Positions 51,141 to 64,000 of a stretch of 64,000 bases of DNA are shown in pieces. The notes under the pieces were generated by a model. It saw only the letters and a list, made by a program, of their open reading frames with translations. It did not search any database and had not been told where the DNA came from. Made by a program: the position numbers and the translations under genes. The stretch comes from Chlorokybus atmophyticus (Eukaryota > Plantae > Mesostigma and Chlorokybus algae): contig RHPI01002438.1 of the NCBI GenBank assembly GCA_009103225.1, positions 124,001-188,000 on the forward strand, read 5' to 3'. The first letter of the stretch is position 1. The number at the start of each line of letters is the position of its first letter.

Positions 51141-52508
51141 AGTCATGAGGCCTGGAAGGGTTCATCCGCATTTCCCGCCACCACATGGCTTGCGCCTTAC
51201 AGCGGACACAGACAATGGCAATCCGATTGCCATTGACCCCACTTGAGGGCCTCAAGCGGGGAGCGGCAATGGCAACTGGGCAAAGCTTTTGTCGCCGGGG
51301 ACTCTCCAACAACGGAGGCGGACATTAGCTGTGTGCATGGTAGCAGCACTGCCAGCCAACATTTGCATCTCCGTTTTTATTTATTGCAATAATATATGTG
51401 TTTTCAAGTGGCGTTCAGCACGTGTCAATACAAGCCTTGTTGCACATAATAAGCTAAGCCATAGCACGGGGTCTTTTATACGTATTGATACGTATACAAT
51501 GTGCATATGTACTTATAACAACATGATTGTATTGCTTATTGCCCGCAACAATAAAGTCATCGATTGATACTGTTGATGTTATTAAGCATTTTCGTCAATT
51601 ATATTGGTACCTTGTGCTATGTTGACATTAAGTGGAACCGAGCTAAGAAAAAAGTTCAATTATGTAATTTTATTGTGCGTCAACTGCTCAATTGCTTGCA
51701 AATGTTTTTGGCAGACTCGCAATTGATTCGTAAATCATGAATGAGTTTTTAATAATGCATCTTTTATAATCAATTGTGCAATGGTTTCATTGTAAGTTTG
51801 TTGCTTTATCATGCAAGTTGTCTTAAACCATGCAATGTGTCAGTAACAACTCAAGCAATTGCTTTATCAAGCATTATTATAACGTAAAATTTTATAGCCT
51901 TAATTATCACCATATTAAGTACCTTACATCACTTAACGAGAATATCATTATGGCCATATGCAACAGGCATTGGATTATTATTATTACAGTATTAAACCTT
52001 ACAAGACTTAACACCGTTAACAATTAATCATATTGTTGTGCATGCGTAACATTTCATGGCATGTGACATTAATGACGCATTGTTTGCATGAATTACCCAT
52101 TGCACCGTATTATTGCGGCATGGTGTCTATGCGGTTCCGAAAAGCATTTGCTTGTAGATCAGCGTGTAAATGCTTCTAGCTTATTGCAAGCACATTTCAG
52201 GTTTGTACGATACCACCTTTCGTGCTTGCATCATGGTTGTGTACAAATCAAACATGTCAAGCAAACACAGTTGCAATATTACCAGTACTTTTTACCCTTC
52301 AATGCGTTCATAACAATTGTGCAGGACATAGTGTACAGCGCACAGCATGTGCATAGTTATCGTGTCATCACATAATACCTGGCGTTTTTTAACACAATGT
52401 GCGGGTTGGCTATCCCACACAGCAATATCGTCACTCGCAGCCTAGTGCTGGTAACATAAACTCACATAGCATACACGCGTTGCAAGAATGAATGTGGAGA
52501 CCAGTTTG

Positions 52509-55259
52509 CTAAAGAGCTGCAGTCAGTGTTTGTTTTTCTGTTGCCAAGGAGTCGATCAAGTGCTGCACAACGCCCTTGCCTTCAGAGTTCAACCATTTGC
52601 GTCTGACCTGCACGTCAAAATACCGCATTAGCACCTTGTAGCTTGTAAAGCCGTGGACTGAAAGACATGCAGATATTGTAAACGGTTGTGCCACAACGGT
52701 GATTGCAGCCATGCAATTCAATCAGACACTCTGCACAAGTTGAGCAACCCTAAACTGGCAGGTAACTTAGCGTGCTGCACGCATCAACTGTCAGGTTGTG
52801 CGCTGGCATGGCTACCCAGGAGGTACCTGTATGTGATAGTGCGCAAAGTATGGTATAACAGCGCCTTTGAAGCTGACGTGCACTCGATGGAATGGCAGCT
52901 TTTGCAGCTGCCTTAACGTCACCTCTTCAGGGGTCGTCCCTTCAACGCGCTGCAAATATTCTCGCTCTGGCACAATTCTGTTGAGGCAGCAACATAACAA
53001 CACTGTTGGATTGTGTCAATGCCTATGCTTGCAGCAGTCAGTCCCATCCTAGCATAAGCCTCTTGTTGTGGCACGTTCACATGTAGGGTTTACCCAACAT
53101 GATACAGTAATTGCCAATGAGTAGTGAACGGTACTCTTGTCACTGGTAAAATAAATGAATTGAATATGGGACAGATCGAACCTCAAGCCAAATGCACTTA
53201 CTGTATTTGGGGCTTCTCCTCCAGCGCCACAAACTTGTAGCTTTTGTCGGCATCCTTAGCTAGTGCAGGCAAAGGAGGCAGCTCATTCTCGCGCAGGATC
53301 GCACTTGTAGCCCAGCCCACGAGATGGTCCATTCCGGCATTGGCGTACACCACTCGAGACTGCATGCAGAGTTACGCAGAGCACTTGCTTGGTCTGCAGT
53401 GCAATATTGTAACAGCTAGTTTGTGAAATGAAGCAATGGTGCAAATACATGGTAGCCGCAATGTGCACAGCATGAGGCAGCTGTATTAATCTGCACATGT
53501 AGCAACAGTCGTACGTATAATCGCAACCATCAAACCACGCAAAGCAGAATGATGCCATCAACTCTAAGCTAGTATGCAAATTGAATGACTTCAATGCAAT
53601 CATCGCAAAGGAGCCAACCTGGAACGACCCAAGTGCGGAGATAAACGGTGCTTCACTGCAATCTGTTGCCATGCGCGCGAGTAACGGAAGGTCCCTGCCG
53701 TCTTTCTCACCATCTTTGTCTCTTAGAAACAAATGCCGCCCTGTGCGTCCAAACAACAGCGGCGCCACAGGCCCAGCAAGGCCTTGCAAAGGGTTTGGCA
53801 GAAACGGCACCTACCCGCAGCACAGACCACTCAGGGTATCAACCAACTGGAGGTGGCATTACCCTTAACAAGTGGATTGCACGTCTTCAAACTGTCGGTT
53901 GCATGCATCGTTCTCATGCAGTAAATCAGTCGAACAGCAGTTGAAAGACCGCTCCTTATCCAACAAGAATAACAAGGACAGCATACACCCTGCTGAGCTG
54001 CGCCTATTGGCACAAGTCTTGAACATCAGCAGTCAGACTGACCTGGTTTACGGAGCCCAGATGGGGTGTAGCTAGTGTCACAAAGTTGTAGGGCACGAGT
54101 CCAGCAATGCGACCGCGATCGCTTTCTGACCAGGTATCTGAAGGCTCATACAATGCGCCTGCAGCATAGCGCACGAACAGCCCGCCCAAGCTGTGTCCTA
54201 TCTGCCAACACATCCCTTGAACAAGGCTGTCACACTGCACAATGCCACAGCACTGGCCGATGCAGCTCAAGCACGCATTTCCGCATTCAAGTTGCAGCAG
54301 CCTACGCACCAGTGTCAACCGCTGTAGAGCTGGATGCTGTCGAACGACATCCCGAATCTCTTCCGCCAACCGCTTGCCCGCCACATCAACGCCATTGAAC
54401 GTTGATCGGCCGCCATTCACACGACTGACTACAGAAGTGTTTGTGCAAGTGCACAGAGCCACAGCTGAGCTTTTGCACACTGAAGGCTTCTGTACCAAAC
54501 TTTGTCCTGCTCGGATACACTTTACCTCCAACATCTCCTAACCAGTGCTTACCGTGTATAATAGCCCTGTCGCCCATCCTGGACGTCATTTCCTTGCATG
54601 CGTAGTTCCAATCCTCTGGCCTGCAGGGCAACAAGCCGATGGTGGCAGCACATATATATGATAACATACGTCATACATATTAAACCGGTAGCATCAGCAT
54701 GACAATGCAAGCTGCCATAACCAGCACAACACGCGTCTTTCGCCCTATGCGTGCATGTCTGCCATGACCTAACTGTAACCGCCATGCACAAAGCACTGCT
54801 TTCAGCCAACCGGTGACTGATGAAGCAACACCATCAAGCAATTGAAGGCATGCTTTACTGGACGGTTTGCCAGCATAGCAAAAACAGGGTGTGAAGCTAA
54901 CTCTGCTGCAGTAGCAGTATGAACACTTACGTGCCAGCAAGCCCGTGGGCAAGCACAATCAGGTGCTTGGGCTCTCCTCGCCTGCCAGAGCCGTTTCCGC
55001 TGCTTGCAGCACTTGTGGTGGCCGGGCCACTGCCCCGGTCGCCCATCATGCGGACAGCAGCACCGACCTGGCCACTCTCCAGAGCAGCGCTACTACTAAC
55101 AATGCTACTTCTCAAAGCACGCCTGCCTCTGACTTGCCACCCTTGCAAGCAAGGCCGGCCCGTACGTCCAGCGAATGGTGTGCTCCTCACCGACACCGTC
55201 ACCAACGTCGCCGCCGCGCCAAGCTCCGCCGCAGCCACACCCATTGCCCGCTCAAACAT
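52509..55259 (-). CDS. DUF676 putative lipase/serine esterase (alpha/beta hydrolase) with N-terminal targeting-like extension
   Basis: HLIVLAHGLAG, STFNGVDVAGKRLAEEI, nucleophile motif IGHSLGGL, NFVTLATPHLG, YAN..DHLVGWATSAI, AHYHIQVRRKWLNSEG. Stop at 52509-52511; alternative ATG at 55244. Confidence 0.88.
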
Positions 55260-58200
55260 GTAGTACAAGGTAATGTTGGCGGTTGGAGTGCACTGTTCCG
55301 TGCTGTGCCGCGCGACGATGTTGTTGTTGCGTCAACAGGTTGTTGGCAGCGACAATGCCAGACTCTACAGCATTGGGATTGAGCAATGGGCCTCCGTTGC
55401 GCAGCAAGTTGCCATCGGCAGCGTCTTTCTTAAGGCGGCGATGACTGACTCTGCGGAGATCGCAGCGGTATTCAAGACGCTAGACTCTTGACTCGAAGGC
55501 AGGACATCACCGCACCAGTTGCCGAAACCACAGGTACAAGCATACATCATGACAAGCGGACCTACAAGCTGTGGTGACTGCGTTGATGGCAACCACCTGA
55601 CTGCATGAGCTGCATGTGCACAAAAGAAGGTCCCAGGTGTTAGCTGCATGTGCACGTATGCAGTTCTGTGCACTTTGCACATAACTCTCTCGTCGTTCTT
55701 TTGTACACATATGTGGATACATAACACCTTCGATTTCCTGTACACTTGCGGTGTAACCTGCTGTGTGCTGTCGTCGTTAACATTTGCGCAGTACCAGGGT
55801 GAAGAAGGTTGTTGTTGCAAATTATAAGAACCTAAGCTGTACACATACTGCTGTGCTCACGTGTGCAGACAGTGACAACCACATCCCAATACGACGGAGA
55901 ATGCAACAAGCATGTGGTTGTATGTACACAACTGTGGCATGTGGACTAGCTCATGTAGGGCGAGGTTTTTCCAAAAGGGTACCAAGTTGTGATCAAGTGT
56001 TTACAGATGGATGGCTGATAAGACCGCATGCATGAGATATGCATATATCATGCACACGCCGCAAGCAGTCAGCAGCAGTCACAGGACTATTTCACCACCC
56101 GGCTAGGTACTAGTGCATTAGACTACCACTACATGGCTACCCCGTTAGTCATGCATGCATGCATGTACAGAATATGCGCATGATGTATGTGTTCCATTAT
56201 CACCTGCAGTTGACAGCAGTGTGCATTAAGAATGAAATGAGGGCAGCCTGGATGCACAGTGTGTAGTTTAGCACATGCAAGGCCATGTCAATCGAAAAGT
56301 ACACAGAGCAAGCAGCAGCGGTCAGCGAATACAACATAGTTGGGACAAAGCTGTTTGTGGGTGTCAAACTCACAGCTTCTCATTACTGCAAAAGCATCAA
56401 AGCTGGATGATTCTCGTCAGCCAACCACCAGCTAATGGCTGCGCATTCTAAGATGACCGCCTGCACATCTGACATGGCAAACAGTGTGCTCTACAGAAAG
56501 AGACGCCATGGCTTCGGGAGGCAGTCATCATCCTGCCGAGTTTCCAGCATGCACTGCCTGCGCAGAGCGCACCAGTCAAAATGGTGGTTGTGGAACTGTG
56601 GTCTGGGTGTTAGTGAGGACCACTGGTTGCAAAGCCAGCAGCCCCCGTGGAAACAGACCCCGGTGTCTGGCCGGTGCTCACAGGTTGCCCATGTGAGCAA
56701 TAGCTCTCGGCAACAGAAGTAGGAAGGACACCCAACAATTCAGGCGCCTTCAGGCATCGTGGCCGTACTTTCTACAGATTGGCAAACTGACACATGACCA
56801 TGCATACCTTTGCAAAACACTGCAGGAGAGGACGACACGAAGACATATGCTGCTCAGTACCTGCAAGCAACGATACGTTCAGTACATGTTTTGAACAAAC
56901 TGCAATTGTGCGCCAACAAATCTACCACGCTGCAGCCATCAGATAGTGGTGCATGTAAAGCTTCCTCACAGATGTCAGAACAGGTCTATGTAACAAATCA
57001 TCATCGGCTGCAGCAAAGCAAGACACTGTGCGGCTCAGATTAAGAAATTCAACCGTTTTTCCTTGATGTCCGCAGAGATGATATCTCGGAAGCGCGGATG
57101 GTGTCATCAATGCCACACAGCAAACGAAGGATACCAGATTGCGTACACATACAGCAGTGGAAGTGCTCAGAAACTGTATACCAGGTTCTCGATCACTGAA
57201 AATCAGCAGCAGAACTGGCTTGCTGGTTGGGTATCATCAATGCACTTCCACCATTGGCATGATGGCCTAAGATAAGGCCAACAGCACAACTGATAATGCC
57301 AGTACGTACCAGCTGTGTGCGCTCTGCAGCCACTGTGATGAGGAAGTTACCCCAGTCCAAGCATACAGCTTGGCTTTAGGCAGTAAGCCCTGCACGGACA
57401 GGCATGCAAATGTGAGTACTTCGTTCGAGGCTGCGGTGCAAGCCAGAGACTTCCCCGCCCCGGAGGAAGCACAGTTCATCTAGCCTCTCGGTCAAAACGC
57501 GTTTCCAGCCATTGCGTTTGGTGTTTCAAGCCATCGCGGCCGATGCGCTCTGCCATCCGCAGAGGCCACCATCAACCATTGTGCTTGCAGTTGAATACGC
57601 ACCTGCTAACTCTTCGTCGCCGGCGCAAAAGTCTCGCCCACACAAGCACTTCATCGCCTCATCCTCACCTGCCCATCAACAACAATGTCATGCGTGAACT
57701 GAACAGACTGAATGTGACGCTGCTGTCAATAACATGTGCGGCGAATGATTGTTGGTCATCTGACGGACACACAGACACCAACTGCCCACCCGCTCTAAGT
57801 GCTCTAGCAAATCCTTCATTCAAATTGAGTAGATTAGAGCTACTCATTTGTACACACAGGACTGCCAATGAGCCATGCATTGCGTCAGATTAGCAAGTTT
57901 GGCGCACATGCATTCCTGCATCGCCACCGCTGAACTAAGAAAAGTTCTCATCATTCGCATGCTAACGGCTGCCTGGCAAACAAGCAAGCAATCAAAAACG
58001 CATGAACGTACCTCACGCATGCTGTGAGCCCGCGGAGACCACCATCATGACGACTTCAGAGCCCTAGCAAGTGTCGCCAGGATGCAGGAACAGACAGCTA
58101 GCCCATGGGCGCCAAGCGGCGGATCAGCGGCAAGCTCCAAGACGCCCTTGATGGCAATATTGAGCGTGGCGGTGAGACCACTGCACAAGTCCATTGGCGG

Positions 58201-59137
58201 TCAGATGGCTGGGCAGCTGGCTTCAGGGTTTGGCCATGCAGCCGCAGGCGCTGCGACCATAAATGCGAACTGAGCGCCGTCATTGGGAGGGTTCACCTGC
58301 ATGGCTCTTGCACCATCCTGTTGCTGCTACAGCGGATGAGACCGCACCAACCTGATCACCCAAACCCATGAACGGAAAGGCTGCCCGCGACGACATAGCC
58401 GAACTCTGCAGCAACCATTGCGCCGCCACCGCAAATACAATTGCCAAAGCGAAGGCGGCTGCCATATGTTACGGCAGCAGCAACTTCTGGTACGCAGCCG
58501 CGCATCAACTTCTACGTACACCGCTGCGACAACCTGCCGCGCTGTACAGTGAGTTCCAATTATCCGTTCCGGATGTACCACGTACCTTTCTGCTTTGTGC
58601 CAGTACGATTCATACCGTGCCAGTCGTCGTCATTATGATGCGAAGCAGTCGTGGCAAACCGCTGGATGGGTTAGGCTGACTGGGTTGACGCAGGCCTCAG
58701 CCTGACTTAGCAGCCTGTCTCGAGTCTTCAGGCTCGCATTTGACCGGGTTTGCGCTGTTTGCCCCCAATGAACGCAGTTAGACAACCGGTTTGCCATAAT
58801 CCAAAGCGCCTGTCAAAGCGCTTGGGCAACACCTCTGTTGGCCACGTAAGCTGCTGACGCCAGCTGGCAGTGTGCTCATACCTGGTGTCGTCGACGGGGT
58901 TCGGCAGGTAGTGGGTTGCGTGGCTGGTGTCCTCGGCGGCGTTGCGGGGGTGCGGTTGGCGGTGGCATTGGCTGCAGCTCGTGGGTCTTTCATAAACTGG
59001 GACTCTGTCGCGAACCGTCGGAGGCTTGTTTTCAACAGTAGTGTTGGATTGAGCAGCACGAGGAGGCGGGAGGGAAGGAGGCTTTCGTTTTGTGCTGGTT
59101 AACGTTGCGTTGGAGGAATTGCCTAGTCCGTGTGAGT

Positions 59138-61450
59138 ATGGTGGTTCCTGTGGTCAATGGCGTTGAAGACGGAAGCGCTCCGCAACAGGACGGCCATCAC
59201 CTGAAGCTGGTCGGGTTCAGCAACTTCAAGCGGAACAACCCTTTTAGCGACAAGTTCGACGTCAAGCGCTTCCATCACATCGAATTCTGGACCACTGACG
59301 CTACCAATGCTTACAGGTGAGCAACATCATCAGAAATGATCGGAACAGAGGAGTTAAATATCCTGGAGCATGCGTGTTGCTCGCTGGATTAGCTGTCACT
59401 GACCTGTAGTATAAAGTTGCACTGTTGGTCATGGACACACAGCAGATGTCGTGATAATGTCATCTGCTACATAACTATGCGGCATTTCTGAATACTTTGG
59501 ACTCTTTCGGAGCACTCTGCCATAGTCGCACTTTGTTGTCGTCCTAGATAGATAGTAAATTTAGAGCATGCCAACTTGGTAGACATGCGAGTGCTTGTGG
59601 CGTTATAGATGCAGGTTGGACGCTGTGTACTTGCACGTACGCGCAGGTACCCGTGCTCACAGATGCGTGCACACGCGTGTGCATGTGTGTGTGCGCGCGC
59701 TCGCGGTATATTTAACAGAACCTGCCGTGTATCTTTGCAGGCGGTTCTCATGGGGCTTGGGTATGCAGCACATAGCGTCCTCGGACATAGTCTCTGGCAA
59801 CACTAAATGCTCCTCGCATGCAATCAAAAGCAATGACCTTATTTTCGCCTTCACGGCTCCCTACCATCCGAGCGTGGACAGTGGAAGGCCTGAGATGTGC
59901 GGGTGGCCTGGATACGAACAGCAGAAGGCCATGGTAACAATGTTGTATGTGCATGTGCGCTCGCATTGCACATGCATTGTGTGCGTTTTGTTTGTGTTGG
60001 CGTTCTCTCTGCCTTGTCCATCATTGACAGTGCATGCAAGTTTATGCCTTAATTGCGTATGGGAATGGCGTACAACGATATTACCCATTGTGGTATGTAG
60101 CTGCTGCAACTGACGCAAGTTGTTCACCTCGCGTTGCAGGATTTTGTTGGCAAACATGGCCTTGCTGTGCGAGCTGTGGCGATCAGTGTAGCGGATGCAT
60201 TTGCCGCACATGCTGCTTCTGTTGAGCATGGGGCTATCTCTGTGTTGGAGCCTCAAAAGCTGGTAGGTCTTGCATGCGCTTATTGGGCCTTGTCAAGCAT
60301 ACTAGTAGTAGTGCATACTCACTGCATCCTCTATCCTCTGTTGCACTAGGTGGACGAGGCCACTGGGACATCAATGGAGATGGCTGAAGTCCATCTGTAC
60401 GGCGATGTTGTGGTAAGGTATGTCAGCTTCAACGGCGAGTTCTCCGGGCCCTTTCTGCCCAACTTTGCGGCAGTCAACTCCCCGCCTTTGAGCTACGGCT
60501 TGACCCGGTTGGACCATGCTGTTGGCAATGTTCCAAAGCTCATACCCGCCGCTGAGTACTTAAGCAAGTTCACAGGCTTCCATGAATTTGCGGAGTTTAT
60601 AGCAGAGGATGTTGGCACTGTTGACTCAGGTAACTCCTGGCAAACAGGCAATTACAATCTTGCCTTCCAGTCAACCATTTCCAGAGTGACCAGCAAGCTC
60701 ACCTCTAGCGCTGCTGCACAGGTTTGAACAGCATGGTGCTGGCGTCCAACAATGAGATGGTGCTCTTCCCTATCAATGAGCCGACATTCGGGACAAAGCG
60801 CAAGTCGCAAATACAGACCTACCTGGAGCACAATGTTGGGCCTGGCCTCCAACATTTAGCGCTTATGTGCACAGACATCTTGACCACATTGAGGTAAGCC
60901 TCCGCCCTGAACGGTACATGGATGTGAACCTCGACGTGCTTCCAGGGGCTTGCGCTCAAACACATGCATGGCAGGGAAATGCGCCAGAGAACACATTGCG
61001 GAGGGTTCGACTTTATGCCACGCCCGAGTGATGCTTACTACCGCAAGCTGCCTGAGCGAGTAGGTGAGGATACCTTCACTCCAGAGCAGCTGAAGCAAAT
61101 AGAGGAACTCGGGATCCTTGTCGACCGGGATGACCAGGGAATTCTTTTGCAAATCTTCACAAAACCCCTGGGAGATAGGTACTTGCCAGTTGCAGTTGTC
61201 TTGTTCGGATTGTAGCAAAGTAGTCGTTGCTGGTATTCTTTCTCTGTGTTGTGATTGGTGCATGTAGACCTCACATTTTGTCACATGCAGACCAACGGTG
61301 TTCATCGAGATCATTCAGCGGGTCGGGTGTGAGGAAAAGGACGAATGCGGGCGCGTTTACCAGAAAGGAGGATGCGGAGGGTTTGGCAAAGGCAACTTCT
61401 CGGAGCTGTTCAAATCTATTGAGGACTTTGAACGCACCTTCCAAGAATAG
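59138..61450 (+). CDS. HPPD: 4-hydroxyphenylpyruvate dioxygenase
   Basis: KRFHHIEFW, LDHAVGNV, GFHEFAEF, GLNSMVLASNNEMVLFPINEP, SQIQTYLEHNVGPGLQHLAL, LLQIFTKP, FIEIIQR, GGCGGFGKGNFSELFKSIE. Stop at 61448-61450. Confidence 0.97.
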
Positions 61451-62089
61451 AGATCTGTAGCACATCATGTGCTGTCGGTTACACGTGTGGTAGAGGTCAG
61501 CACGTGTGCATTTTGTGGAATAAGCATGTAGTCGAATAAATGATGTTGTGTAGCCAAGGCGATTGCAAGCAGTCTTACCACTCCGTCAACAAGATTGGTC
61601 AATTGTGGAACAACACTGGTGCAATATAAAACAAGACCATTTGCTGATCAACTGGTACCACATGCCGCGCCTACCATGTGAGTGTACATGGAGTTTGTGT
61701 GGTGCACTTGGCTCTGCCATTGTTGGGACAGCATAACTCACATGAGAGTTGCAGTGAAGCAAACTCCTAGGATATATGCGCTGTGTTTGTTCCTGCCAGC
61801 GTTGAGCTAAAGCTGCTGCTTGGGTGTGGTGCTGGGCACAGAAGTCCCCTGCTTCATGTCAACAGTCCCCTGTATCTTGCATGTAGTGCCATGCTTCCCG
61901 GCACAGGGCTGTCCCGCTGCCAACAGCTGCTTTGATCTCTCACTTGGAAAGCAAGGTTGAATGCACACAACAACAGCCGCTGTGCGTGCCAAGCGATGCA
62001 AGGCACAGGTGTTATCAGTGATGGTGACGGCCACACAAGGCAGACACAAAACTGCTGTTGCTTGTTGTACACGCATCAGCCTCGTCTAG

Positions 62090-63762
62090 TCAAGTTGGTG
62101 TTGGCTCTGTGCTTGCAGCAGGATTGCTACTGTCACTAGGTACCACTGCCAGGGTTGCAGCAACAGGCTTGGCCTCGGCATCAGACACAGGAACTGACTT
62201 CGTCCCATTCACAGCTTCAGCGGCATGCTCAATGGCGTCACCCGCCTCCACATCAGTGCAATTGCCATTCTTGTCAGCATCTCTTTCGTCATCATCACCA
62301 TCAGTGCTCTCAGCAGCGCGCTTCCTGCTTGGCACCGATCTTGCGACCGCCTTCATAACAATACAAACATATCAGCCTGTACTTACTCGTAACTGATTGT
62401 CTTGCATGAGATACTGGTGAATGCGACAAGCGCTTGTAGAGTACCTCAGGCCAGGAGCGGCAGTCAAGCCAGTTCAATAAGATTTCCAGCACGTGGTTTA
62501 CTGTCAGCACCGACGACGTCTTGAGAAGGGTCGGATCGATTGGTAACTTTGCTGTGGCAATGTTCTGGCTCTGGGCCTTCTCTAACGTCACATGCTGCAA
62601 CCGCCATGGCATGATGCATTGCGCTAAGCTTGCGTGAGCCATGTGTGAGGTGCATTAATACTTGCGCATGCGATGCATAGCAAACCACTGTATTCACTTG
62701 CCTTGAATCGATTCCGGTCCACAATGCCACCAATGATGTACGCCTTCTTCGGGTCAAGCTCATTCATGGTGTTGGGAGAGTCTGCAGTCAAGTACACAAG
62801 GTCCTCTTTGCGTTCGCTATACACATCCATGTAAGACTGCTCTTCTCGTACCACCTGTTCAAGGTCAAGTTGGTTGGCACTCACTGTATTGTTCCCGTTG
62901 CACGGCATGGCCTAAACTAAGATGCAATGCACGATCAAAAACCACGCGACAGCAGTAGGTAGGCTCTGAGTGCAAAATTACAACTGAGCCATGGCACGGC
63001 AGTAACACACTGTTGCTGCCAACAAGCTGCGCAGCTGTGCGTTGATACGTGTGAGTGCCTTCTTTCTGTGTTGGTTTCTGTGCGCACAGGTGCCCGTGCA
63101 TTTACACATGTGTGCGTGTAGCATGCGTGCCTGCATGCCTGCATGCAAGCGTACGTGCATTTTGTGTCTGGCGGGGGGGAGGTGGAGGGCGGGNNNNNNN
63201 NNNNNNNNNNNNNNNNNNNNNNNNNNNNNNNNNNNNNNNNNNNNNNNNNNNNNNNNNNNNNNNNNNNNNNNNNNNNNNGGGGGAGGTCGGTTGCATTATC
63301 TGCCAAACTGCAAGCATACCGGCCAGTGTTTAACACCTGGAATGCGATCGAAGCGCTCGGCCATGACGCCTTTGACGCTCGTGAAACACAGCTTGCACGG
63401 TGTTGAGGCGCGCGAGTTAGCGGCGTAACAGTAGATCAGTTGCTGTGTCAAGCTTCGCACTTCCTGCGCATGAACAGGGCAACATTTGTATATATTCCAG
63501 CAAGCTGTACAGATACGCGCGCATGCACGCACGCACACAAACATACATGCCCGCGCACACGCGCATGCCCTTCCACGCACATTGTCCCGCATAAGGTGCG
63601 TGAAGTCCAAGTCAATGACAATGCTTTGGCCCTCCTGAAGCGCACGCTGCTTGTTTTCACGGCGTTCTCTTTGCTTTGCAATGCGCCCCTGCTTGCTCTC
63701 CTTGCGCTTGGCAATCTCCGCCTGTCTCTCCTCTGCCAACCGACGTGGACTGTGAAGAGATT
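62090..63762 (-). CDS. TRM10: tRNA (guanine-N1)-methyltransferase TRM10 family, 5'-partial
   Basis: [67 protein letters not shown]. The start lies upstream, probably outside the window. Confidence 0.9.
63194..63278. other. Assembly gap (85 N) within a G-rich intronic tract
   Basis: Run of N flanked by G-tracts. Confidence 0.99.
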
Positions 63763-64000
63763 CTATAGCAAGCGCGAACCAACAAAACATGCCAACCACA
63801 AAGCTGCTCAGTGAATTAGTGTTTTGAGAGGCTATTTGACCGGTGCTGGTGCTGACTCAAGTTAACAACCGCAATGCAAGCTACGGCAGTGCGAGCTTTT
63901 GCAAATGTTCATCATCATACGTTAAAATGATGGGCATTGCTTGTCATACCATAATCGTACTAACGACTGACCACGTGACCCTTACAAAGAGCTGAAATGC

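Noticed and set aside
57440-58300. Selenocysteine or stop readthrough to rescue the orphan minus-strand frames
   Set aside because: The TGA contexts show no redox motif, no SECIS was identified, and several different frames would be needed.
58839-58846. ABRE-like ACGTGGC upstream of HPPD
   Set aside because: A single short motif without a coupling element is expected by chance.
63172-63286. G-rich tract with 85 N as a possible hidden element
   Set aside because: It is an assembly gap in a TRM10 intron, so the content is unknowable. The single N at 25278 was likewise treated as an assembly artefact.

Overview
Compact, intron-rich eukaryotic nuclear DNA from a green-plant lineage. A plastid-targeted L3, a plant-type NDUFB4/B15, a plant-type autoinhibited Ca2+-ATPase, a phytocyanin, flagellar IFT54 and a U12 AT-AC intron together suggest a flagellate-stage streptophyte alga (inference). 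Fifteen spliced protein-coding genes were reconstructed by hand: SMC1(-), BUD13(+), a tRNA-binding OB-fold protein(+), an ACA/P2B Ca2+-ATPase(+), IFT54(-), SRP68(+), ALG9(-), a cytochrome P450(+), NDUFB4(-), plastid RPL3(+), a CCDC82/DUF4211-like protein(-), a GPI-type phytocyanin(+), a DUF676 lipase-like protein(-), HPPD(+) and a 5'-partial TRM10(-). Four pairs are tightly head-to-head, and each shared promoter contains a palindrome. The most notable feature is a P450 with a mitochondrial presequence and the signature motifs of the mitochondrial clan, which is classically considered metazoan. Other highlights are an AT-AC minor intron in SMC1, three GC-AG introns, a satellite of hairpin units whose loop occurs in both orientations, a decayed CRE-like non-LTR retrotransposon, and an exact 194-bp copy of a gene fragment next to a single-N join. 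No rRNA, tRNA or CRISPR array was seen. All assignments come from motif recognition by eye; no database searches were run.
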